Positions 38,801-51,243 of a DNA stretch of 64,000 nt are shown one piece after another; positions within the stretch are counted from its first letter, which is position 1, and the number at the start of each line of letters is the position of its first letter. Both the position numbers and the translations under genes were made by a program. This DNA comes from Podarcis pityusensis (lineage: Eukaryota). The stretch lies in assembly GCA_964106645.2 (NCBI GenBank), contig OZ067040.1; one strand, given 5' to 3'. The notes beneath the pieces are model-generated. The model was given only the letters and a program-made list of their open reading frames with translations, was not told the DNA's origin and did no database searches.

Positions 38801-41800
38801 CTTCTTTTGTTATACCAGGGATGGTACTCAGGCATCATTGAGGCTAACCATCCTCCCACCAATTCACAACAGCAATTCAAATATGTGCAATAATTGTGTT
38901 TGATTGTTCAGCATTATAACTATAACTACTGTATTTAATTCTTTCCCCATACTCCCTTTAGCACGCAAAGAGAAGTTCATGGCAGCTGTTACCAGGATTA
39001 TCATCTTTGGGAGGAGAGGGTGCTAGAAAATTGATATAGTCTCTTTATTTATTTACAGCTGAACAGAATACAGCAGGAATTGGACAGAAGCAAGAATGCA
39101 CAGGCAGAGAATACTAGTAACACGGCAGTATTGAGCCGTGCCCTAAAGCTGCCATCTTTCAAAAAGCCTACTGAGTCAGTCAACACCAAGCAGCTTCTTT
39201 CACTTCTTCTTGCCCATTTTTTTTTACAGACAAATCCCAGCTTCCTAATGACCTGCAGAAAGAGCAGCCCTAGCTGGATACAACATCTGGAGTCCCATGG
39301 TAGTTAAGAGCATGAGCCACAAAGTAACCAATTCAAATCTCTGCTCAAACCACAAAGCCTTTAAGAAGCCTTAGGCAAGTTAATATGTCCACTGCTGCCG
39401 AGCCACTCCAGGTATTTCTGGATGATACTGATGATCAATATCTGCTTCAATCTGCTTTTTTACCATGATTTTTTGGCACTGAAAGGGCCTTGGTCATCCT
39501 GGTTAATGATCCATGGCAGGAGGTGAGCAGGAAGGGATCAGATTCTTCATCTAGCTACCACTCACACCATTTCCTCATTTGGGGGGGGGGGCAACCTCAC
39601 CACCACTGCTCATTTTCCAGAAATAGTTTACTCCTAGAGCTCAGGATTTATCATCCCCAGGCAGATACTTTATGCCCCTATCCAGGAGGTCCCACCTCAA
39701 ACCAGGTTATGATGCCTCTTGCAAAACACACATGAATTGCTTTGGTTGCTTACAAAATGCTTATTTTCCTATGACGGGGAAGTATCTTACATCCCATGGT
39801 GCCTTTGCAAAAAGAACAACCTAAGGACTGCCTGCTGTAACCTATCAAAGACTTGAGCCAGATGCAGAAGAAAGAACACAAGGAAGAATCACAACAGTAC
39901 CACAGGAACATCACACCAAAAGCCTTCATTGCTAGGACATGTTACAGGGGAGTAACAGATACCCGATTCAGTTACTACTTCCCAGCATCTCCCTTCCACT
40001 CAGTTTAACCTCTTCATTTAAATTAACACCTCTCCGCTGAAATTCATGCCTAGGCTCTCTGGAGATTCATAGCCTCTAACTTTCTGCCAGCCTTCACCAT
40101 TATTCAGAAGATAATCACAGATAAAAGCAAGCTCCTAAAAAAATAATCCAGATTTGAATTCGAAAGCTGTTTTCACAAGTGAGGCATACCTAAGTGCTCC
40201 CACTTTTCCAGCTCTGCAAATGGAATGAAGAAAGAAAAAGAGACATCCATTAGACTGTTCACTAGATCTTAAAACAGCCATTTTCCTTTCTCACATTAGC
40301 AACATGTACAAACAACACATCCCAGACCGCGGCATTTTCAGCATCGCTTGTGAGAACACCCAAGGGGTCTGGGTTGAACTGTAAAATAATAGTCATGCAT
40401 GATAATTAAAATATGCTGCTATTTTTAGATAGCTTCCGTTTTAACGCTAAAGGAGGAGCAAAATGTTAAATGGAAACTATTTGTTCTGAACTCTTTCTCT
40501 TCCCAAGCCCTTCTGCAATTTTCCTGTTTCCTTCTGCCTGATTTGACAAGTTAACTGCCTTGCTGTTCTCACTAGCCCAGGGGTAGGCAACCTAAGGCCC
40601 GGGGGATGGATACGGCCCAATCGCCTTCTCAATCCGGCCTGTGGACAGTCCGGGAATCAGTGTGTTTTTACATGAGTAGAATGTGTGCTTTTATTTAAAA
40701 TGCATCTTTGGGTTATTTGTGGGGCATTTGTTCGTTTTTTATTTTTTTCAAAATATAGTCCAGCCCACCACATGGACTGAGGGACGGTGGACCGGCTCAT
40801 GGCTGAAGAAGGTTGCTGACCCCTGCACTAGCCTTCCTGATTCTATCCCTTCCTGCTTGACAACTTCCCTACCATTATCCTTCCTCTCAGAGGCAGATTT
40901 AGGACAGTGTGACCAGATCCTCCAAACTGGGCACTGAGCCTCGGGGCACTGCAGGGCGTTGCAACTGTGACCTAGTGAATTAAGTAGAACAGAAGGTTGA
41001 GAGGCAGGGGGACACAAATTCTGGCTTTGCACAGGGCACTGCTGAAATTTCAAAGACCGAAGTCTGTCACTACTCCTTACCACCACATAATTATTTTCAG
41101 GCTGCTCCCCTACCACACTCCAATATACCACCAATCTCCCCATTCAGTCATCCTTGCCACGTCCTTCTCTTCAACATCTGCCTGGTTCCATTTTACTCTT
41201 AGCCTCCAAGCTCCTGAAACTTGCAGCTTCTGCCCATCACCTCAGCCTTCTCTCCCCTGACTTCTCTACTGGCCTCCTCTAGCTTCTAGGTTCTGCCCAT
41301 AGTGCTCTAAAATCATTGCACTGATTTTGCACTTCTCTGAATTTTGTGATACCGTTCTTGGCTATAAAAAAGTACCAAAATGTATTTTAAGATTAAAAAG
41401 AGGCCAAGAAATGTGTATGTTGAGATAAAATATTTAAGTATATACAGCGGTACCTCGGGTTACATACGCTTCAGGTTACAGACTCCGCTAACCCAGAAAT
41501 AGTACCTCGGGTTAAGAACTTTGCTTCAGGATGAGAACAGAAACTGCGCGGCAGCAGCGGGAGGCCCCATTAGCTACAGTGGTACCTCAGGTTAAGAACA
41601 GTTTCAGGTTAAGAACGGACCTCCAGAACGAATTAAGTACTTAACCCGAGGTACCACTGTATATACTTAGTAGTGCAATTAAGAACAAATTTCCTTGCAG
41701 GTTTAAAAAAATTCACAAGGTGATGACTGAACAGACTTGGGAATTGTCACTTGTGAAATTGACATGGACCGAAATTGCCTGACCCACCCATCCCTGGAAA

Positions 41801-44800
41801 ATATGCAGATTTCAAACATCTTAATATAGGACTAATGCTTCACCAGCACTTGCAGAATGCTCCCAGACAGTAGTTATCTTCCTGTGTTCCACCACCAAAA
41901 CTGCTCTTTTTCTAGCCTGACTCCTTCCTTCATCTCCCAGAGGAAGGATAGCTACTTTTTCTAGGTCACAGTCAATGAGGCTGTTGGGAAATGTAGACCT
42001 TAGCTTCAGAATTATTGTTACAATATCATTAAAACACATTTATGAATGGGAAACAAACCTGACAGTTTTCAACACAACAGTGACATTCCATTTTTTTAAA
42101 GGACCATTTGATGTCCACTGAATTTATCTTATTCTAAAAGCAATGACTTCCCACACCTCAATGATGCAGGTTTAACCGGTGAAGGTCAAGATGCCACAAA
42201 TGAGCTTAGTTCTAAAATATTAAATGGAAACACCTGCTACTTGGCTACCAATAACAGTTTGCCATAGAAACAGCATTCGCTTGTGTGTTGACATATCATT
42301 GGAAAGAAGGCTCACACGTGGTAATGGTTAATGCACAAAATTAAGTTGTAGTAATCATAATGGCATTCCTGGGCTTCCACCAAGGTTCAACTCGGTCCTG
42401 ATTGTGTAAGCATGATCCTGGTGGAACTTAATTTGTATCATGCACCATCAATCTTGCATGAGCCCATAATTCAATTATAGAACTGAAGACAGATGTTTCT
42501 TGTTGAATCACATGCTCTAATAGTTTCGGATTTATCACCTTAACATGATGGTTTTTAAAAGAGCTTTCGATTTTATCACTAGCTATTTCCCCATGATTTT
42601 AAAAGGAAGGCCGTACATTAACAAGCCCTTTCCCCTTTCTGTTCCTGCCGTTTCCCATCTTCCATTTCTGTTCAGACATCATAGGCATTTTTCCACTTGT
42701 CAAACTTTTCAGTAAGTACACCTGCTGGCTACAGCAATCCAACTTGTTGCCAATTCCCCCCCCCCCTTTTTTTTAAAGAAACGTTTTGGTACAGCAGTAA
42801 GAAAGTCTGACCTTCATATTCTACTGTACTGTGCTTTCATAAAATAGAAAGATTTCAAAGTCAACCTGGAGATAACACGTTACGGTGCTTTTCTATTAGA
42901 AAGCACAAAATCTGCTCCAGATCTAACATTCTTTAGCGTTTGATTTCATCCTGCTGATGTACCTCTGCCTCTGCTGGCAAAGCAGCCTTTATGCCCCTTC
43001 TTGAGGCCCCTCATTGGATTTACCTATCAGGGTAGGGGCACCTTCAGACTGTTCAAATTTTGTGGGAAGGATTCAAGTGCATAACAAAAAATTTAAGTTT
43101 TCACAATTAAAGTGGGTGCTTTACCCCAGTGCAACAAATCCACAGAAAGAGGGGTTTTTGTGGTTAGGAAAGTGATGGGATAATGCATTGAGAAGTGTAG
43201 AATAATCAAATAAATGTAAGCACAGCAAAAACAAATCGGAATGAACGCTCATTGTCCTAAAAAGTCCTCACAAACAAATCAGAACCAATGCTCTATAAAG
43301 ACCAGGTATAAGCCAATCTGAAGGAGCCCTAGGATTCCTAGCTAAGGGCTTATTCCACACCTACCTTTCCTCTGCGCTTTCCAGGCACAGTCCACAAAAA
43401 AACCCAAATAGCCATTTGTTCTGATTCAACTTTAAAGAGCACGTGTTCGCGGGGAAAGCTCTGGAGCAAAAAAAGGGGAGCACTCAAACACGGAGCTTTA
43501 AACCTGTACGGGAAGCAGTGGGGCAAAATAAGTGTGGATAAGCTCCAAGTGTTTTAACCAGTTATAAGAAAATTGAGGTTTTTATTTAGTACACATAAAC
43601 AAGGAAGTTCCCACTGCATCACTAACAGATACTCTAATCCAAAGACCTACAATTGCACACTTGGATCTCTTTCATGCTTCCCATTCATTTCAATCACAAC
43701 TTACCGTATTTTTTGCACCATAACACTCACTTTTTTCCTCCTAGAAAGTAAGGGGAAATGTCTGTGCGTGTTATGGAGCGAATGCACGCAGGTGGCGGGG
43801 GGGATCTGCTGCAGTCGTGAGCAGAGGATCCATGGTTCCCCTTCCTTCCCTCCTCCGTGGTTACAAAGCATGGATCCACATGGATCCTCAGGATTTTTGC
43901 ATTGGGCTACTCCAAACTCACTATCAGATCACATGTCTGTGGCCACAGCATGAACCACAAAAATCATATATCCACTATTTCGTTTAGAGTATTTTTTTTC
44001 TTCTTTTCCTCCTCTAAAAACTACGTGCGTGTTATGGTCTGGTGCGTGTTATAGAGCGAAAAATACGTAATTTATTTGTGCTGGCATATCAGATTCCTGC
44101 ATGAAACCGGTGGAGGACCCATTATAGATAGGTTACGAAAGGTATATGTGGTATATGTTGCAAATTCCACAGCCCTAAAAAACAACTGCTTGTGTGTTTT
44201 TATTTCTTGCTCTTACTATGTCAGCATATAAAAATGAGCTTATTGTCCTTTGTTAGAAGGCCTGGAAAATTTTGAGAGATCAAGGAGGAGTGAGTTTTGC
44301 TTTTTTTGTCACTATGGGCAGCCATGTCTTTGAGCCTCCCTGCCATTAGCCTGACTTTTGATCCTGGGGGCTTTCTTCATTCCATTGTTAGGCGGCACAG
44401 CAGACAGAGCCAGTGCCAACATTATGATTTTCCACCACACAGGAATGCCAAAAAGAAAGAAAGAAAAAAATGTGACATTTGAATTCACAATCCACACAGA
44501 CTTTGCCACCCGGTAGAGCATTTTTTTTACATGAATCCCTTCGAGGATGAAGAAAAAAGTAGGGAAGAAGCACTAAAGGCTGGGATCTTCAATTTCTATT
44601 CATGTGCAAAGTAAGAAAAGAGTGATATTGCTTCCCCAAAACTACAATATGCCTTCTGATAAAGCTGGAAGCAAAAACTCCTCATTATTTCTCACCGTTT
44701 TACTTATTGGGCAATGCTGCAGAACCATAAATAGAAAGAAGTTCTCTTAGTTCACTGCTTTGAAAATTAAGAATAGCTTTTCTTCAGGCACATGTTCTAT

Positions 44801-47800
44801 ACTGTCTAAATCAGGGGCAAAAAAACCAAAAAACCCCTCAGGATCAAGGGCTGAATATAGCCACTGCTCTCTCTTTCTGGCCAGAGAGAATGTACCCAGG
44901 CTACATCTCCCACCAGCCCTGCTGTGTTCACCTTGCCTAAGATGGAGAGAAGTGTGTGTGTGTTTAGAAACCTCTGACCTTTGCATGGCTGGAATTTAGT
45001 CTACCGTACAGAGGTAAGAACTACTGTCACACATCTGTTGCTTGGCCCCCTTTTGCCTCTGGCCCTGTTCACCACTGGCATGAGGAAGCCCCACAAGGCT
45101 GCCTAGAGGAAATGTTGCCCCTAGCTTGAAAAAGCTCTCCAAGCCTGGTCTAAATGCTAGAAGTAACTAACATGCACAATTTTTTTTTCATCTGCACAAT
45201 TATTTCAATAGTTTGCATAGCTTCCACCAGAAATGGCAGAAAAATTTCATGACACAGACAGTTTACCACTTGTTTATATCTCTGCTGCTATGTGGTTTGT
45301 ACTTGGCCAGCTGTTGCTCAGTTCTAATTTATTGCTATTATGGTCCAGCCATAAGGTCTCCCGTGAGTTGAGAAAAGGGACACTGCCAGGATACTTTGGG
45401 ATTGAGAGGGTGACCTAGTTCTTTTCTCGAGGGCCGAAACAGATGATTGGAGTGCTATTTTCAAAGGCAGCAGACTCCAGTCTCCAATTCAATGCAATGA
45501 ACTGTGACATAACCTGGGCCAGCCCATGACGTTTTGCAGCCTGTGGTGAAGCAGCAAATAGCACCTTTCTCCCAACCAAGGCCATTTGTTTATTTGGAGA
45601 CCTGAGGCAGAAAATCCCACAAGCACCTCTCCTCTTTTCCTGGCAGTAAAATATTGTCATGGATTGGTTAGACACAGAGGACTGGTGGGAGGAACCAGCT
45701 GGGGAGCCACCAAAGGAAGAAGGCTCAGAGCCCAGAGAGTGGTGGTGGGATGTCGATGAGTGGTCAGAGGGAGAAGACTGGGAAGAGGTGGTGTTGAAAG
45801 CTGAAGGGGTATCAGGGCTTAATGAGCTGGGAGAGTCTGTGGCAGAGAAGTTCAGAATCAGAAGATGAAGCTAGCAAGTGGGAGGAGGGAGGTCAAGAGG
45901 CAGGGATGAGTCAAGCTGGTGAAGTTACGGGTGTCTCACCCTCTGCGACAAGCTTCTCTCCCCCATCTCCCAGAACCAGGAGATGCATGAAAAGGGCATG
46001 AAATATACTCAGAGTCACAAAGTGATTTCATGCTCTTTATTCAGCTCATAGTGGTGAGGAGGAAGAATGAAAGTCCCCTCAAGGTATCTGCTTATATACA
46101 TTATTTACACAATGGGCTGCACACGATTGGCTAATTCCGGAATTCTCCTGTAGGCCAATCAGGTTGTGGATTCACTTCTATCTGCAGCATGATTGGGTGG
46201 TTCCTGCCGACCAATCATACTGCTGCATTGTTCTAGGACCAATCAGACTGCTGCATTCTGAATCCTATTGTTCTAGGACCAATCAGACTGCTGCATTTTG
46301 GATCCTATTGTTCTAGGACCAATCAGACTGCTGCAGTTTGGATCCTATTCAACTCAGTACATAACAGGGCAGATGAGACTGGCTGCACACAAGCGCAGTC
46401 TCAGATTGCTTGGGGAAAGCCCTGGAGAGAAGGAGACTTAGACCGCAGTGGGGAGGCGGGGACCTTAATCTTGGCAACTGATTTCATGGGGTAAGACCCA
46501 CAGGGAATGAGCTGCTGTACTCATGAAGCCTGAGACTCAGCCCAGTCTGTGGAGATCATGTTTTCGCTAATAAAGAGTTAACTACAACTTTGAACTGTGT
46601 AATTTACTGACCGGCACGCTCTGTAACAAATATATACTAAAAATTAAGTAAATTAACAATCTGCTCCACTTTCGTAACACTCAAAACCAACTGCCTGAGG
46701 TGGCTGCCCCACTTTGCCTAATGACAGGGTCGGCTCTGCATCATTAGTACGTTTCTTCAAGTTTGGAATGTAGAGCAAGGAGAAATGGCAGCTGTTTAAT
46801 CTCTGGAGATGTGGCAGCACAGAAGGGAAGCATAATAATGGTGAATATAGAGATAAAATATTTCTATTTGAGGAAGGAGGTGCAAACGTCTTCAAAACAG
46901 AATATTCATATTTGAGCTGTCACCTTAGATTTATGCAATAAAATAAGAAGAGGTAAAAATAATGATGTTCCTACTCCAAACCAAAGGGTATGTGCTTTAG
47001 GTTGCAAATATGTACACACCTGGAAGTAAGCCCCACTGGATTTGCTTTTGAGTAGAAATGTATGGAATTGTGCTGTTTAAGATTTGCATGAACTGCCTGG
47101 AAATAAAAAAGTGGACAGGAAAAACTCCTTGTCCAGGAAGGCACTGAGCTGTTAATGCATTCTACCACAGAGTTAAGTTCTTCAGCAATGGCGTTGGATA
47201 TTTAAAAATACACCAAAAGTTAGTTTTTTGCTTACTAAGCCTTAAATCTCGGCATGCTTTTCCAAACAGAGCTGACATCTGTTAGCAGATTTGTCACACA
47301 AGCCACCTTTACTTAAGAAGCCAGCACCAATTATCCTTAAAATAGCCACTGTGACTCAAAGACTGCTTTCCTTTCTTTTAACTGGGAACCTAAGGGTGAA
47401 ATCTAATGTCAGGCAAGCAGGCATCCTCTCACACAGTGATGCTTCTCTTTCTTCTTCTCCTTGTAGCCCCCACATGCCCTGAAAAATCTGCTTGGGGTGG
47501 GGGTGGGGTGTGCAGGTTGCAGAGTGGGAGATGAGAAATGCCTTTGCCTACAAACCTGATTTCAACCCAGTTTTAAATATTAAGACTTTGTAAAATTTAA
47601 CATATTAAAAAAGGCTTTATGGAGATAACAAATAACTAAAGATATATGGGTGATTTTAGAAACCCAGTGCAATGCTGAACAGGTTTTCTGACTGTCAGAA
47701 GTTGAAGATCCATATCTGAACATTCCTTTTATTTTGTCATGGTTATTTTTCTCCATCTCCTGGTGCTTCTACTCTCATAGGTACCAGAAGGAATGCCTAA

Positions 47801-50800
47801 TCCCATATAAAACTGCTCCTATTCCAAGGCCCTCCAGGGTCCCCCATCAACTTAGATGGCATCTGGAAACTGGAGGGAGGGCCTTCTTGGTGGTGGTGTC
47901 CTGTTTGTAGAATTCCCTCTCCAAAGAGGCTTGCCTGGCACCTACTATGCTATATTTTTGGCACCAGTCCAAGACATTTTTGTTCTCCCAGGCTTTTAAA
48001 ATTAAAACAGTTTAAGTTTCAATGGGAACTTTGAAGTGTTTGGCTTTAGTACAAATCTATTTCATTTCTGTTGTGCTGATTTTACTGCTATTCAATTTTT
48101 ACCTGAACAGTGGTATAGGAATGCATTAAATAATAGACATATGAGCAAATATATACCGTATTTTTTGCTCTATAAGACTCACTTTTCCCCTCCTAAAAAG
48201 TAAGGGGAAATGTGTGTGCGTCTTATGGAGCGAATGCAGGCTGCGCAGCTATCACAGAAGCCAGAACAGCAAGAGGGATTGCTGCTTTCACTGCGCAGCT
48301 ATCCCTCTTGCTGTTCTGGCTTCTGAGAGTCAGAATATTTTTTTTCTTGTTTTCCTCCTCCAAAAACTAGGTGCATCTTGTGGTCTGGTGCGTCTTATAG
48401 AGCGAAAAATATGGTAAATGAATTAACATCTATCCTCAAGCTCCATAATAATCCCTGCTTCCCTTATCCAAGAACTCAAAAAGCTCAAGAAATTCTGCTT
48501 CAAGAAATTTCCACTTCCAGAAGCCAACCCCATAAAATATAATAATTGCTTTTATTTTGTATCTCTGATTCAGGGCTATATGCATTTTTCAAGCACTGAA
48601 ATTTGTGTTAGGCACAGAATACCGCATACTGAGTGTCATACAATCTGCTGTATGGCCTTCCTAGAAGAGTAGCCACTTTGCGTTGATCTGTTGAAGATCA
48701 ATGTACAGACATCTGGGTGTACACAAATGTTGGTGCAACAAATGTTGTACATAAATGAATATTTCTACATCTGTGCTCACAGTAGCAGTGACTTGCTGTA
48801 GAAAGAATAGCAGCTACCACAAAGCAGCCATGAAAATGGGCTCTCAGCTTACATTAGCCCAATACTCTCTGTGCTGGCTGGAAGAAGCTCTCCAGTACCT
48901 TAGCAAATTCCTAGTCTTTAAGGCACAGAAGATCTGCTTGAAAGTGTGAGCAATGCCAGGCTGATGAAACCTCAGAAACAGGTGGGTGGTGTGCATAAAG
49001 CAACGAGATTTCTACCAGTTATAGGACAGGTCCTCAGTGTACTACTCCATGTTTGGCATAAGTAGAACAAAACAGGGCAAAATAATTTTTACTGCTTTGC
49101 AAATTCAGCTTTTCATGATATGTTCCCTTAGGATTGCCTAAGTACACAGTCCTACCTGACCTCCAAGAGCAAGGTTGCGTACATATTACCAGCTAAACTG
49201 TTCTTTTCCTCAATTCCAATTAAAGCTGTTTTGGAGGAAAACACAGCATTTCATAAGAAAGGACAGGATAGATACAGGATTGTGGGTAATATTGTGTTTA
49301 CCGAAACCAGCAGTGGGAGTGCACTGGAGCAAGCAGGAGTGTGAATACAGCCTCAGAGCCAATTGCAAGTGATACTGAGTTGTGTGTAGTTTTCCCAACC
49401 TACTTCTCCATTCAGTGGAGGCTGGTGGAAACAGGACCTGGTGGGGTGCCTAGGAGGTCATGTGGGTGGTGCTTAGGTCACATGGGTGGCACCTAGGTCC
49501 CCATGCTCCCCCCTTTCTGTTGTAATGGTAAAGAAGGTAAAGGACCTCTGGACGGTTAAGTCCAGTCAAAGGTAACTATGGGGTGTGGCACTCATCTCGC
49601 TTTCAGGCCAAAGGAGCTGGTGTTTGTCTGCAGACAGCTTTCTGGGTCATGTGGCCAGCTTGACTAAACCATTTTTGGCGTGACAGAAGCCAGAGCGCAC
49701 AGAAACACGGTTTACCTTTCCGCTGCAGCAGTACCTATTAATCTACTTGCACTGGTGTGCTTTTAAACTGCTAGGTTGGCAAAAGCTGGGACAAAGCAAC
49801 CGGAGCTCACCCCACCGAGCACATTCGAACCGCTGATCAGCAAGCCCAAGAGGCTCAGTGGTTTAGACCACAGTGCCACCAGCTCCCTTTCTACTAGGTC
49901 AGCCACTTTTGTGGCTTGTTTACCTGTTCAAATGAGGGAGGAGCTTGATGAAACTTAGAGGATTGCATACAGCATACATCATTCATCAAAATAAAATGAC
50001 AGCAATTGCCTCACTGTGATACAGTGACAGTACAAAGACTGGACCATGGCGTTGGATGTTTAGGTGAGTTTGTAATCTTGACAGAACTATGTCCCACTTT
50101 TCCCATAAAAAAAGCCCTGCCCCCATGGCTTTTTCTTTTCTTTTTCTTTTTTGGAAAAAGAAGCCTCAGAGCTGCAGAGGAAGAGGGTCCTAACCCATTC
50201 CTATTGCCAGTTTTCTGTTAAAATTCCTCCAAGCTGGGTTTTTCACCCATAGCAGGAAAGAGAGGTGTAGCCCCACCCCTCAACTAAGTGAAAGAAGCTT
50301 GGGGTGTGTCATGTACTGAGTTGAATAGGATCCAAAAGGCAGCAGTCTGATTGGTCCTAGAACAATAGGATTCAGAATGCAGCAGTCTGATTGGTCCACA
50401 GGAGCCACCCAATCCAGCTCCAGGTGGAAGTGAATCCGCAACCTGATTGGCCTACAGGTGAATCCCGGAATTAGCCAATCATGTGGGGCCCACTGTGTAA
50501 ATAATGTATATAAAGCAGACATTCTGGGGGAACTTCCATTCCTCCTCACCACTATGAGCTGAATAACGAGCATGAAATCCACTCTTGACTCCGAGTATAT
50601 TTCAGGGTGTTTCACTGCAGTAAGGGAAAGGGTTAAGAAGCCTCTCTGCTGCACATTTTGTGCTTCAGTAGCACCCTCCATGAGTGCATTTTGTTTTCTA
50701 TTTAAAACTCAGCACATTGTATAATTTGGCCCTATCCCAACAATAACTGTTCTGCCACCAGCAATGTATACATATGGCAGAGCTAATGCCAGGGGGATCC

Positions 50801-51194
50801 TCAAATTATTACATGGGGGGAGGCTTTCCTAAAAGGATAATAAATCATTGTTGAGGGGTTCCAGATAGATATATCTTCATTATTTTGTGATCCCAGGCTA
50901 TTTCTCCAGTGCCTTGGCCCAAGGGCACAAACAGATTTATGGAGAATGAAACATCCTCCAAAGTTGCAAATTGCTGCCATGACTGACGATGTTTAGATTC
51001 TGCTGGATCATTAGAAATGCAAGTCACAGGCACATGGCTGAAGGAGAAGGGAGATAGTGAGTTAAAGCCAAAAAGAAATGCCTGATGTGCAAGTGAAACG
51101 TGGACACCCAACATACAAAGCTGCCTTGGGCAATCGTTCTGTTTAAGCCAAGATAGGTATAATCCTTTTGCATACACTCTTTCTCCCCTACACA

Positions 51195-51243
<49 letters not shown>

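Noticed and set aside
46211-46345. Regularly spaced 40-bp repeats resembling a CRISPR array
   Set aside because: The units are contiguous near-identical tandem repeats without unique spacers, inside a eukaryotic LTR, with no cas genes.
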